A DNA stretch of 64,000 bases, from contig JBEKYR010000012.1 in assembly GCA_049510745.1 (NCBI GenBank), forward strand, positions 88,267-152,266, written 5' to 3'. Shown here one piece after another: positions 20,218 through 29,365 of the stretch. Numbering within the stretch: the first letter of the stretch is position 1; each line of letters starts with the position of its first letter. Below the pieces are notes generated by a model. It was not told where the DNA came from, searched no databases, and saw only the letters and a program-made list of their open reading frames with translations. Origin of the DNA: Verrucomicrobiota bacterium. Lineage in GTDB: Bacteria > Verrucomicrobiota > Verrucomicrobiia > Limisphaerales > Palsa-1400. Position numbers and translations under genes: made by a program.

Positions 20218-20687
20218 TGCTCAAAGAACTGCCCAAGAATGAATTTAACCGCATAGAGCGCAGAGATCACAAAGATGAGAAAGGGCGCCGAATGAGACCG
20301 ATTATCGCGGACTGCCCGAGAAAGCGCGAATTTGCGGATTTCAAATTTGTAGGAACCGAAATTGATGAGCAGGCCGTGTTCGAGGCGCGCCGACTTAAGA
20401 TATCCCATAACTTGGGCGATGTGTTCGGGCGCGATTGCTCTTGCGGTTTTCAGTTCGATCACAAGGCAGCTCTCAATCAACAAATCCGCGGAATAATCGC
20501 CGACGAGTGTTCCATCCTCGTCGAAAACCGGGAGAGGATGTTGCTGTTTGACCTCAAGTCCTGCCTTTCGCAGTCGATGAGCGAGGGCGTTTTCATAGAC
20601 TTTTTCCAGATGACCGTGTCCATGATAAACATGAATGTCGTACGCTGTCTGCCGAACTTGGTCGCACAGTGCCTGAATGTCTCTCAT
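20214..20687 (-). CDS. GxxExxY protein (PD-(D/E)xK-like)
   Basis: GHLEKVYEN, ADLLIE..LVIELK, YLKS...GLLINFG. Confidence 0.92.
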   Translation of the reverse strand: MRDIQALCDQVRQTAYDIHVYHGHGHLEKVYENALAHRLRKAGLEVKQQHPLPVFDEDGTLVGDYSADLLIESCLVIELKTARAIAPEHIAQVMGYLKSARLEHGLLINFGSYKFEIRKFALSRAVRDNRSHSAPFLIFVISALYAVKFILGQFFEQ

Positions 20688-20732
20688 AATCTGCCTTTCT
20701 CATTTGCGTTCTTTGAGTTCTTTGCGGTTAAA
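20244..20732. repeat. Imperfect inverted repeats (20244-20283 / 20695-20732) bracketing the GxxExxY gene
   Basis: TTTAACCGCATAGAGCGCAGAGATCACAAAGATGAGAAAG versus the reverse complement of the right arm TTTAACCGCAAAGAACTCAAAGAACGCAAATGAGAAAG. Confidence 0.85.
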
Positions 20733-20742
20733 CTCTCTGCGG

Positions 20743-21294
20743 CTAAATCGCTTTTCCCTTGCGGGCGAGGTGGAATTGGTGGAGGACTTGCTGGACGACT
20801 TCCTTGGGGGAACGTTGATCGGTCAGGATCATGACGTCGGCCTGGCGATAGGCCGGTTTGCGCTGTTCGAGCAATTCGCGAATCCGGACCAGGGGATCGG
20901 GCGTCTGGACGAGGAGCGGGCGATGGGTTTGCGCGCGCACCCGCTCCCAAATGGTTTCCGGCGAGGCCCACAAACAGACGACCAGCGCGTGCGTTTTCAG
21001 GCTGGCCAGGTTGTCGGGATTGACGATCAGGCCGCCGCCGGTGGCAATGACCGTGTTGCGGCGGGTGGTCAGACCCTGCACCACGTTCCGTTCCAGGGCG
21101 CGAAATTCCTCTTCACCATGCTGGGTGAAAATGTCGCTGATGGACTTTCCGGTCTGGCTTTCGATCAATTCGTCGGTGTCGATGAAAGCGAATTGGAGAT
21201 GCTCGCAGGCGAGTCGGGCGACGGAAGACTTGCCCGTGCCCATGAATCCGACAAGGGCGAGGTTATGGATGGCGCGAGGATGAGACGCATTCAA
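20743..21294 (-). CDS. aroK: Shikimate kinase (start approximate)
   Basis: LVGFMGTGKSSV, FIDTD, GEEEFRALE, VIATGGG, HRPLL. Confidence 0.95.
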   Translation of the reverse strand: MNASHPRAIHNLALVGFMGTGKSSVARLACEHLQFAFIDTDELIESQTGKSISDIFTQHGEEEFRALERNVVQGLTTRRNTVIATGGGLIVNPDNLASLKTHALVVCLWASPETIWERVRAQTHRPLLVQTPDPLVRIRELLEQRKPAYRQADVMILTDQRSPKEVVQQVLHQFHLARKGKAI

Positions 21295-21358
21295 GGGTCT
21301 TATGTTTGAACCAAAGCCGGCCATTTGCAAGCCCGCAGCGGGCGTCAATCACCCCAAT

Positions 21359-21739
21359 TTACGGGGGAAGAGCGAAGGCGGTTCGATGTCTGGCGGACGC
21401 ATCCAAGGTAGCCCAGAGCATGCCGTGCCTTTCCGCCAAACTGGCCAGATAGAAATCTGTCGTTTTCCCGCTGACAGGGGCGGGTTCGCTGTCGAGCGCC
21501 GCCAAGTCGCAAGGAATGCTTTTGGGCCGCAGCTTTTTGTGCCAGTCTGCAAGCATTTCCCGGGCTTGCTCCATCGAAGCGCCGAAAGCCGGCTGCGTTG
21601 ATATGCGCAGGAAGCCAAGCTCGACAATGGGGCAAACCGCCACCGATTTCCCGGTCTGCCACCGTATCACGCGGGAATGGTGCTCGTGGTTGTCCCAAAG
21701 CCACGCCAACAGAACGGAGACGTCGAGCAGAAACGTCAT
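21359..21739 (-). CDS. VapC-family PIN toxin
   Basis: FLLDVSVLLA, ELGFLRIST, TDFYLASLA, ATLD. Confidence 0.88.
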   Translation of the reverse strand: MTFLLDVSVLLAWLWDNHEHHSRVIRWQTGKSVAVCPIVELGFLRISTQPAFGASMEQAREMLADWHKKLRPKSIPCDLAALDSEPAPVSGKTTDFYLASLAERHGMLWATLDASARHRTAFALPP

Positions 21740-21963
21740 GGGAATTGATCCATGAGCGCTCGGGTTTGCGCCATTGTAATTCGCCGTCCATTGGTTGCCA
21801 AAAGAAGCCCCTGTTTGCGCTTGAGAGTGACTTTCCGCGGGGCCTTCTCCAGCCGTGTCAAGACGAACTGGCCTGCGTCCGTTTTTTCGACAGCAAAGGC
21901 ATCACCCGGGTGGGCGGGTTCGGGGAGTGTCACCCGGCGTCTGGAATCGGCGACAATAATCAT
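21736..21963 (-). CDS. AbrB/MazE-like antitoxin
   Basis: MIIVADSRRRVTLP...PGDAF; ATGA overlap with the PIN gene. Confidence 0.75.
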   Translation of the reverse strand: MIIVADSRRRVTLPEPAHPGDAFAVEKTDAGQFVLTRLEKAPRKVTLKRKQGLLLATNGRRITMAQTRALMDQFP

Positions 21964-21966
21964 GGA

Positions 21967-21981
21967 GTGGGTATAACCCAC
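21967..21981. promoter_or_regulatory. Palindromic operator candidate for the TA operon
   Basis: GTGGGT-ATA-ACCCAC immediately upstream of the antitoxin ATG. Confidence 0.45.
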
Positions 21982-22014
21982 ATTGGGACATTTGGCAAGT
22001 TGGAGCCGACGCCT

Positions 22015-23493
22015 TTATTCCGCCAAGGGCGGCTTGGCTTTGTGCCAGGGGGTGCTTTGTTCGTAGGCGTGCGCCAGTTTGAGCAGCGTTTCTTCGCCGA
22101 AAGGCTTGCCCAGCAGTTGCAGGCCAATGGGAAGTTTGGGACTGGCGGTAAAGCCGCAGGGCAGACTCAGGCCGCAGATGCCGGCCAGATTGCAGGAGAT
22201 GGTGAAAATGTCCGAGAGATACATCTGCAGCGGGTCGCCGGCTTTTTCGCCCACCTTAAAGGCGGCGGTCGGCGAGGTCGGCGTGATAATGGCATCGACT
22301 TTCCCGAAGGCGTCGAGGAAATCGCGCCGAATCAAGGTGCGGACTTTCTGGGCGCGCAAATAGTAGGCGTCGTAGTAACCGCTGCTCAGGACGTAAGCCC
22401 CAAGGATGATGCGGCGTTTGACCTCCGCCCCGAACCCGGCCCCGCGCGTTTTGCAGTAAAGATCAATGGGATCGCCGCCCTCCACGCGCAGGCCGTAACG
22501 GATGCCGTCAAAGCGGGCGAGGTTGGCGCTGGCCTCGGCGGTGGCGATGATGTAATAGGCCGCCACGGCAAAGTCGGTGTGCGGCAGGGAAATTTCCACG
22601 ATCTCCGCCCCCAGTTTTTCATATTGACGGACGGCGGATTGGACGGCCGCGCCGACGGCCGGGTCCAGGCCGCCGATCATGTACTCTTTGGCCAGGCCCA
22701 GTTTCAGGCCCTTGATCCGGCCGTCGAGCGCGGCGGCATAATCGGGCACGGGCGAGGGCACGCACGTCGAGTCGCGCGGGTCCGGGCCGCTGATGGCGCC
22801 GAGGACGAGGGCGGCGTCGCGCACGTCTTTGGCGAGGGGGCCGATTTGGTCAAGCGACGAGGCGAAGGCCACCAGGCCGTAGCGCGAAACGCGCCCGTAA
22901 GTGGGCTTCAAACCGACGCAGCCGCACAGGGCGGCGGGTTGGCGAATGGAACCGCCGGTGTCGCTGCCCAGCGCGGCGATGCACTCGTCGGCGGCGACGG
23001 CGGCGGCGGAACCGCCGGAGGAACCGCCCGGAATGCGGCCGGTGTCCCACGGATTGTGAGTGACGCCGAAAGCGGAGTTTTCCGTCGAACTGCCCATGGC
23101 GAATTCGTCCATGTTCAGGCGGCCAAAGACAATCGCGCCAGCCTGGCGCAGTTTATCAATGACGGTGGCGCTGTAGGGGGAGATGAATTGGCCGAGGATT
23201 TTGGAGCCGCAATTGAGGGGTTGCCCGCGCACGGCCAGGACATCCTTGATGCCGATGGGAATGCCGAGCAGCGGTTTGCCGGTTGTTCCGCCCGCCAGCT
23301 CGCGGTCGGCGGCGTCGGCCTGCTCTAGGGCGTCGGCGGCATCATAGCTGATAAAGGCATGGACTTGGCCCTCGACGCGCTCGATCCGGTCCAGGCAGGC
23401 CTGCATGACTTGGCGGGCGGAAACCTCGCGGCGGCCGAGTTTGGCGGCCAATTCCCAAGTGGTCAGTTGGTTGAGCATGGCGGTGACGGTCAT
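22015..23493 (-). CDS. gatA: Glutamyl/aspartyl-tRNA amidotransferase subunit A
   Basis: [41 protein letters not shown]. Confidence 0.98.
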   Translation of the reverse strand: MTVTAMLNQLTTWELAAKLGRREVSARQVMQACLDRIERVEGQVHAFISYDAADALEQADAADRELAGGTTGKPLLGIPIGIKDVLAVRGQPLNCGSKILGQFISPYSATVIDKLRQAGAIVFGRLNMDEFAMGSSTENSAFGVTHNPWDTGRIPGGSSGGSAAAVAADECIAALGSDTGGSIRQPAALCGCVGLKPTYGRVSRYGLVAFASSLDQIGPLAKDVRDAALVLGAISGPDPRDSTCVPSPVPDYAAALDGRIKGLKLGLAKEYMIGGLDPAVGAAVQSAVRQYEKLGAEIVEISLPHTDFAVAAYYIIATAEASANLARFDGIRYGLRVEGGDPIDLYCKTRGAGFGAEVKRRIILGAYVLSSGYYDAYYLRAQKVRTLIRRDFLDAFGKVDAIITPTSPTAAFKVGEKAGDPLQMYLSDIFTISCNLAGICGLSLPCGFTASPKLPIGLQLLGKPFGEETLLKLAHAYEQSTPWHKAKPPLAE

Positions 23494-23774
23494 TCCACTA
23501 TCTTGGGAACGAGGAACAACCCGTTGGCCGTGGCGGGGGCGTTGCGCAGCGCCTCGGCCTGCGGCAGGGAGGGGCGGATCTCGTCGTGCCGAAAGACGTT
23601 GAGGAGCGGGACGGCGTGGGCGGTCGGCTCGATTTGGCTGACGTCGAGTTGGTTGAGCTTTTCGATGTAGCCGAGGATGTTGGAGAGTTGGGCGCCGAAT
23701 TGTTCCTCTTCGGCGGGGGTCAGGGCGATGCGCGCCAGATGGGCCACGTATTTGACGTCGAAGTTGCCGGGCAT
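23490..23774 (-). CDS. gatC: Amidotransferase subunit C
   Basis: [10 protein letters not shown]...FLVPKIVE. Confidence 0.96.
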   Translation of the reverse strand: MPGNFDVKYVAHLARIALTPAEEEQFGAQLSNILGYIEKLNQLDVSQIEPTAHAVPLLNVFRHDEIRPSLPQAEALRNAPATANGLFLVPKIVE

Positions 23775-23784
23775 GGGATGAGGA

Positions 23785-24084
23785 TCAGGTTTCGTCGAAT
23801 TTGCGCTTCAGGAGCGCTTCGATGGCATCGAGGGCCTGGTGGGAATCGTCGCCTTCGCAGGTGACGACCAATTTGGTTCCCGGGCCGGCGGCCAGCATCA
23901 TCAAGCCCATGATGCTCTTGCCGTTGACTTGTTCGCCGCCCCGCTCGACGAGCACACTACAGGCGAACTGGTTGGCGACCTTGACAAACATGGCGGCCGG
24001 GCGGGCGTGGATGCCCAGCTTGTTGATCACCACCAGTTCACGATGGAGAGCTTGTTTGCCGCCGGTCTTTTTCGCACTACTCAT
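23785..24084 (-). CDS. ptsH: HPr phosphocarrier protein
   Basis: GIHARPA and NGKSIMGLMML motifs. Confidence 0.95.
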   Translation of the reverse strand: MSSAKKTGGKQALHRELVVINKLGIHARPAAMFVKVANQFACSVLVERGGEQVNGKSIMGLMMLAAGPGTKLVVTCEGDDSHQALDAIEALLKRKFDET

Positions 24085-24127
24085 GCCGCGCCATCTTGAA
24101 GGGGAAGGGAAGTTTTTGCGATGAAAA

Positions 24128-25078
24128 TTATATCGGGGCTTTTCCGCCGGCCATTTGGGCCAGGAGGCGGTCATTCAATTCCCGGGCCGAATTGCGGCCC
24201 GATTTCTTGAGTTTGATTTGAAACGCCGCCACTTCGATCAGCCGCGCCAGATCGCGTCCGGGCCGGACGGGGATCGTGATATGCGGGACCGGCACGCCGA
24301 GAATTCTGACAAATTCCTGCTCCATGCCGACGCGGTCCACGTCGGTCACCTCTTCCCACTGTTTGAGAGAGATAACCAGATCGACGGTTTTCTCGGAGCG
24401 GATGCTGCGGACGCCGAACATATCGGCCACGTTGATGATGCCGATGCCGCGGACTTCCATGTGGTTGCGGGTCACTCCGGCGCCGGTGCCGAGAATCTCG
24501 CGTCCGTCCAACAGAGTGACGCGGGTGACATCGTCGGAAACCAGGCTGTAGCCGCGTTCGATCAGGGCCAGGACGCTTTCACTTTTGCCGATGCCGCTTT
24601 CGCCGCGGATGATGACGCCGACGCCGAGGATATCGACCATGCTGCCCATCTCGCTGGCGCGCGGGGCGAAGAGCATTTCCAGGGCGATGGTGGCGCGGTT
24701 GATGAACTTCATGGTGATCATCGGGGTGACGAAGATGGGCACCTGGGCCTTCTCGGCGGCGCGGAGGAAGAGTTTTTCCGGGACGAGGTTGCGGGAGAAG
24801 ATGACGCCGGGAATCCTGTAGGAAAACAAATTGGCGTAGCGTTTCTCGCGATCGGCGGCGGAGAGGGTTTTGAGGAACCAGGACTCGGCGTTGCCGATGA
24901 CCTGCAGGCGTTTGTTGGCGAAGTAGCGCGTAAACCCGGCCAGCGCCAAGCCCGGGCGGTTGACCGTCGGTTCGCGGATAATGCGCTTGAGGCCCGTGGC
25001 CCCCGCCACCAATCTCAAGGGCAGGTTGGGGGATTGGTCGGTGTAAAACCGCTCGACTGTTATTGTATCACGCTGCAT
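24128..25078 (-). CDS. hprK: HPr kinase/phosphorylase
   Basis: RPGLALAG, GESGIGKSE, LVSDD, MEVRGIGII. Confidence 0.96.
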   Translation of the reverse strand: MQRDTITVERFYTDQSPNLPLRLVAGATGLKRIIREPTVNRPGLALAGFTRYFANKRLQVIGNAESWFLKTLSAADREKRYANLFSYRIPGVIFSRNLVPEKLFLRAAEKAQVPIFVTPMITMKFINRATIALEMLFAPRASEMGSMVDILGVGVIIRGESGIGKSESVLALIERGYSLVSDDVTRVTLLDGREILGTGAGVTRNHMEVRGIGIINVADMFGVRSIRSEKTVDLVISLKQWEEVTDVDRVGMEQEFVRILGVPVPHITIPVRPGRDLARLIEVAAFQIKLKKSGRNSARELNDRLLAQMAGGKAPI

Positions 25079-25138
25079 GGGGAAGGGATGATAGGGGAAG
25101 GGGGGCGGCAAGTCAGCCACAAAGTGGACGCCCGCCGC

Positions 25139-25939
25139 TCACAAATTAAACTCCGGCCCCAAATAAATCTCGCGCGCTTTCGGGTCGTCGGGCATGTCCG
25201 GCCCCAATCCTTCGTACACGACCTGGCCGTGGTGGATCAAATAGGCGCGGTCCACCAACTTGAGCGTCTCACGGGCGTCGTGGTCGGTGACCAAGATGCC
25301 CAGGCCGCGTTCCTTGAGGCGGCGGATGATTTTTTGCACTTCATACTTGGCGATGGGGTCGATGCCGCTGAAGGGTTCGTCCAAGAGCAGCAATTTGGGG
25401 CTGGTCACAAGGGCGCGCGTGATTTCCAGCCGGCGTTTCTCGCCGCCGCTCAGGGTGTAGGCCTTGCTTTTGGCCAGGCGGGCCAGGTCCAGTTCGTCCA
25501 GGAGCGATTGGAGCCGCAATTGCCGCTCCTTGGCGCCGAGGGCGCAGGTTTCCAAAATCGCCAGGATGTTTTGCTCGACGGTCAGTTTGCGGAAGACCGA
25601 CGGTTCCTGTGTCAAATATCCAATGCCCAGCCGGGCGCGCTTGTGCATCGGCAGCCTGGTGATGTCTTTGCCTTGAAACGCCACTTTGCCTTCGTCCGGC
25701 TTGACGATGCCGACGACGATGTTGAAGGTCGTGGTTTTGCCGGCGCCGTTGGGTCCGAGCAGTCCGACAATTTCGCCGGCGTTGACGAAAATGGAAACGC
25801 CGTTGACCACCCGGCGGTCGTTGTATTTCTTGACCAATTTGTAGGTCGAAAGCAGCGGGACGGCTGTGTCAACGGCCACCGCGGGCGCCGGAGTATTCTT
25901 CCGCAACACCGGTTTGGTTTCTGGATTTGGCTCGCTCAT
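25139..25939 (-). CDS. lptB: LPS export ABC ATPase
   Basis: GPNGAGKTT, GIGYLTQEPSVFRKL, LSGGEKRRLEI, LLDEPFSGIDP. Confidence 0.96.
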   Translation of the reverse strand: MSEPNPETKPVLRKNTPAPAVAVDTAVPLLSTYKLVKKYNDRRVVNGVSIFVNAGEIVGLLGPNGAGKTTTFNIVVGIVKPDEGKVAFQGKDITRLPMHKRARLGIGYLTQEPSVFRKLTVEQNILAILETCALGAKERQLRLQSLLDELDLARLAKSKAYTLSGGEKRRLEITRALVTSPKLLLLDEPFSGIDPIAKYEVQKIIRRLKERGLGILVTDHDARETLKLVDRAYLIHHGQVVYEGLGPDMPDDPKAREIYLGPEFNL

Positions 25940-25942
25940 GCC

Positions 25943-27898
25943 TTAGGGGGAAGGTTGATTGGTTTTGGCCTTGATGGGAATGATATTATAGCGGCCAACG
26001 GCCTGAAAACGGTTCGTCTTCGACTGCCAAATCAGGCAGTCGGAGTTCGAAATAATGTAGCTTTCGGTGCGGGCGACGGGAGTGCCGGTGAGTGTGACGC
26101 GGTCGTTGGTCGCGGCATAGACGGCCCGGTCGCCGGTGGCATGCATGAGTCGGGCCGCCTGCCATTGATCGAGAACGACATCGCGCTCGGCCACGGCTTG
26201 TTCCATCCGGTTTGTCACCGGCGAAAATTGCGCGGTCGCCACCGCCGCTGTCAACTGATTGGTCGCCGCTTTGGGGCCGGTCCCGAAAGCGGCCAGCACG
26301 ACGTTGGTCTCGGCGGCGAGGTCCTTGAGCAAGCCGGTGGCGGGCGAGCGGTGCGCGGTAAGCACGGCGCAGGAGATGGTTTTGATCACGCCCGCGAAGT
26401 TGGGCGCGGTCTGGCCGCGGACATGGCCTCGGGCGACGGCCTCGACCACCTGGTTGCTTTCCAGCGTGACCACGAGAAGATCGCAAGCCAGCGTGTCGCG
26501 AAGCGTGTCTCCTTCGAGAAGCCGCGCGACCACGTGCTCGTGAAAGGTCGCCAGGTTGGTTTGATAGTCGAGGTCGGTGGAAGTGATGATAAGCCACTGG
26601 GTGGCGGAGCGGTTGGAGGACGGGGCGGCGTTGGTCTTGGCGGTCCCGGCGAGGTTGAGTTTAAGTTGGGCGCCGCCGCGGGCGTGATAGAGCTTGTTGG
26701 TCAACTCCGCCCGCAGCACCCGGCCCTTGACTTCCAATTGGTCGTTCCACCAAACCGGGTTTTCAGTCAATTCGAAGGAATCGTTGGTCCGCGCATAGAC
26801 GGCGCGCCCGCCGGTGGCGCGGCTGTGATCGGCCTCGTTGACAATGAGGACATTGCCGGTGGCGGTCATGCTTTCCACCGGGCCGTTGGTGGGCGGCCAC
26901 TGCAAGGCGGCGAAGTCTGCGAACAATTCGCGGAAAGCGTTGGTGTCGGCAACGGGCGCGGCGCCGGGCGGCGGGCGGTTCGTGCCTGGCGCGGCATTGG
27001 GCCAGCGGACGTAAACGTGATTGGAGCCGGTGAGATAATGGCGCGCGCTGTCGTATAGAAAGCATCCGGCCCAGGCCTGCTCGTCGCCGTTTTGCCAGGC
27101 GGCGTCGCCGGTCAATTCCATCATTTCGCCGGCGTCGGCCAGGTAATAAAACGCCCGATTGCCGGTGGCGCGGCCCTTGTTGGTGGTGGTGATGACGACG
27201 TCGCGCCGGGCCAGAATCGTGTCAACGGCGCCATTGGTGGTGAGTTGGACGGTCATGAGTTCGGAGGTCATGTCCATCTGCGGATCGATCACGTGAACGT
27301 GGCGCGAGTAATCGATCCGGTTGGACTGGTAATCGAATTGGCCGGCACCGGAGAAAATCCACACGATCTGCCCGGCGGCGGACGGCCCGTTGGACGGCCC
27401 GCCGGCAAGGAGCGGGGTCTTGAGCAGGGCCTTGAGCACGCGCGTTTCGACGTCGTTGGAAATGGCGACGATGTGGTTGGATTCAGTAAAGAAGAAACCA
27501 TCGCCCTGCACGAAGACGTTGGTGGTCGGCGTGAAGAGCACCAGGTGGCCCTCGTCCCAGGCCTCTTTGCCGACGTTGTCGATGTGGCAGGCCGGGGCCT
27601 GGGCGATCAATTGCACCTGGTTGGCCTGCCCGTTCCGGTAAGATTTCATCTCGAAGGGAGTGGCCAGGACATCCCGGTCCGAGAGCCGGTTCCAGTTCGA
27701 GGCCGTCAAGACAGTGTCAAGCATCTTGCCTTGCGGAGTGTCGCGGTAGAAGATCATCGAGGCGTTGCCGCCCAGATGGTCCTCGGGGGCGGCGCGGGCG
27801 TGAACGGCGGCGCAGACCCAGGCCAGAAGAAGAAACAAAGGCGGGAGGAGGCGCCGCCGCGCTGCCGTGCCGGCGGCGTGAGAACGGCGGGTTTTCAT
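25943..27898 (-). CDS. Multi-domain LptA/LptC/OstA-like beta-jellyroll protein
   Basis: Signal peptide; repeated ATG.RA.Y....L.LTG.P units; lies between kdsA and lptB. Confidence 0.75.
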   Translation of the reverse strand: MKTRRSHAAGTAARRRLLPPLFLLLAWVCAAVHARAAPEDHLGGNASMIFYRDTPQGKMLDTVLTASNWNRLSDRDVLATPFEMKSYRNGQANQVQLIAQAPACHIDNVGKEAWDEGHLVLFTPTTNVFVQGDGFFFTESNHIVAISNDVETRVLKALLKTPLLAGGPSNGPSAAGQIVWIFSGAGQFDYQSNRIDYSRHVHVIDPQMDMTSELMTVQLTTNGAVDTILARRDVVITTTNKGRATGNRAFYYLADAGEMMELTGDAAWQNGDEQAWAGCFLYDSARHYLTGSNHVYVRWPNAAPGTNRPPPGAAPVADTNAFRELFADFAALQWPPTNGPVESMTATGNVLIVNEADHSRATGGRAVYARTNDSFELTENPVWWNDQLEVKGRVLRAELTNKLYHARGGAQLKLNLAGTAKTNAAPSSNRSATQWLIITSTDLDYQTNLATFHEHVVARLLEGDTLRDTLACDLLVVTLESNQVVEAVARGHVRGQTAPNFAGVIKTISCAVLTAHRSPATGLLKDLAAETNVVLAAFGTGPKAATNQLTAAVATAQFSPVTNRMEQAVAERDVVLDQWQAARLMHATGDRAVYAATNDRVTLTGTPVARTESYIISNSDCLIWQSKTNRFQAVGRYNIIPIKAKTNQPSP

Positions 27899-28728
27899 TG
27901 GCTGGCCGGCAAAGCGCGGAGAGCGGCGTGCAACCTGGCCAACCCGGCCAGAAGCCGCGCCATCTGGTGGAGCGGAATCATATTGGGACCGTCGCTCAGG
28001 GCGTGGTCCGGATCGGGATGCGTTTCGATGAACAGGCCGTCGGCGCCCGCGGCCAGGGCGCAACGGGCCAGCACCGGCGCCATCTCGCGCTCGCCGCCGG
28101 AGCGGTCGCCGCCCGCCCCGGGCAGTTGCACCGAATGCGTCGCGTCGAAGATCACGGGGAATCCGAACTGGCGCAGAATCGGGATGGAGCGCATGTCCAC
28201 CACCAGATTGTTATAGCCGAAAGTCGTGCCGCGCTCGGTCACCAGCAGTTTATGGCCGCCCGCGCCGGCGGCCTTCTTGATGACCTGACCCATTTCCTGG
28301 GGAGACAGGAACTGGCCCTTTTTCAAGTTGACGATCTTGCCCGTGCGCACGGCGGCGGCGATCAAATCGGTTTGGCGGCACAAAAAGGCCGGGATTTGGA
28401 GAATATCGACGGCGTTGGCGGCGGCGCGCGCCTGCTCCTCGGTGTGGACATCGGTCAGGACGGGAACGCCGAGTCGGGCGCGAATCCGGGCCAGGACCTC
28501 CAGACCGGCCTGCAGGCCGGGACCGCGGAAGGATTGGCCGGAGGACCGGTTGGCCTTGTCGTAGCTGGCCTTGAAAATGTAGTTCAGGCCCAGCCGGCGG
28601 CAGGTTTTGCGCAGCGACACCGCCACTTCGAAGCAAAGCTCCTCCGATTCGATGACGCACGGGCCGGCGATCAAAGTCAATTGCTTTGACCGTCGCAACG
28701 AATTCCAAATGGCGGTGTCACTGAGCAT
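27895..28728 (-). CDS. kdsA: KDO 8-phosphate synthase
   Basis: IAGPCVIE, KASYDKANRSS, QIPAFLCRQTD, DATHSVQ. Confidence 0.98.
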   Translation of the reverse strand: MLSDTAIWNSLRRSKQLTLIAGPCVIESEELCFEVAVSLRKTCRRLGLNYIFKASYDKANRSSGQSFRGPGLQAGLEVLARIRARLGVPVLTDVHTEEQARAAANAVDILQIPAFLCRQTDLIAAAVRTGKIVNLKKGQFLSPQEMGQVIKKAAGAGGHKLLVTERGTTFGYNNLVVDMRSIPILRQFGFPVIFDATHSVQLPGAGGDRSGGEREMAPVLARCALAAGADGLFIETHPDPDHALSDGPNMIPLHQMARLLAGLARLHAALRALPASQ

Positions 28729-28860
28729 GTCCGTGTCTCTGCCTCTGTTTTATGGGAAAAGAGCGGCCACCGCAAGAGCGCTTGCGCCGGACCACTGCCG
28801 GCGCAGTTCCAGGCTGATCCAATTGGACTGTGAATCCGCGCGTCTGTCCGGCTTTCAGTT

Positions 28861-29011
28861 TGGAATTGAAAACTCACCGCCAGACCGTAGGCTCGGCTGC
28901 GAATGCCGGACCTGAATTATCAGCGAATGATCATTGGCTGTTTCCGGCCCAATCCGAGTTCTTACCTGGCAGAACGTTGAACGCGAGGCCCTGGGGCGAG
29001 TTTCCGATCCA
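28861..29011. ncRNA. Candidate structured RNA (long irregular rod hairpin; 6S-like size and shape, unproven)
   Basis: On the minus strand 5' TGGATCGGAAACTCGCCCCAGG pairs with 3' TCTGGCGGTGAGTTTTCAATTCCA; inner TGCCAGG/CCGGCA helix; apical ATTGG...CCAAT. Confidence 0.4.
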
Positions 29012-29073
29012 GAGAACGAAAGGGGCGCCCCCGGACAGTTGCCGGAGGCACGGGCTGAAGTCAGAAGCGGCAT

Positions 29074-29259
29074 TCAGCCGCCGTATTCTTTCGCCAGTTT
29101 TCCGTCAGTTGTGTAAATGCCGGACGCGATCAAGGACTGGAAACCTTCCTTTGGGGCCATTCCGCGGACTCGCTTCAGAACGCGCTCATGCAACTCCAAC
29201 AACTCTTTCCTGGAAAGGACTGAGCCGTTTGCTTCGGGCCTCTTTGTCTTTGTTGTCAT
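29074..29259 (-). CDS. Small hypothetical protein, possible orphan antitoxin
   Basis: 61 aa ending LIASGIYTTDGKLAKEYGG; followed immediately by ATG CCG CTT CTG ACT. Confidence 0.5.
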   Translation of the reverse strand: MTTKTKRPEANGSVLSRKELLELHERVLKRVRGMAPKEGFQSLIASGIYTTDGKLAKEYGG

Positions 29260-29365
29260 TCGTATTTGAACGGTTCCGTTGAGAACCAGTTCACTGGCAA
29301 AATATCTCCGTTTCCGGTCGGAAGTCAACTCTGCGTCCAGAATTGTTTCGCGCGCCGCCCTGAGC

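Noticed and set aside
28855..29073. 72-aa CDS
   Set aside because: Composition is not protein-like and it coincides with a long base-paired structure.
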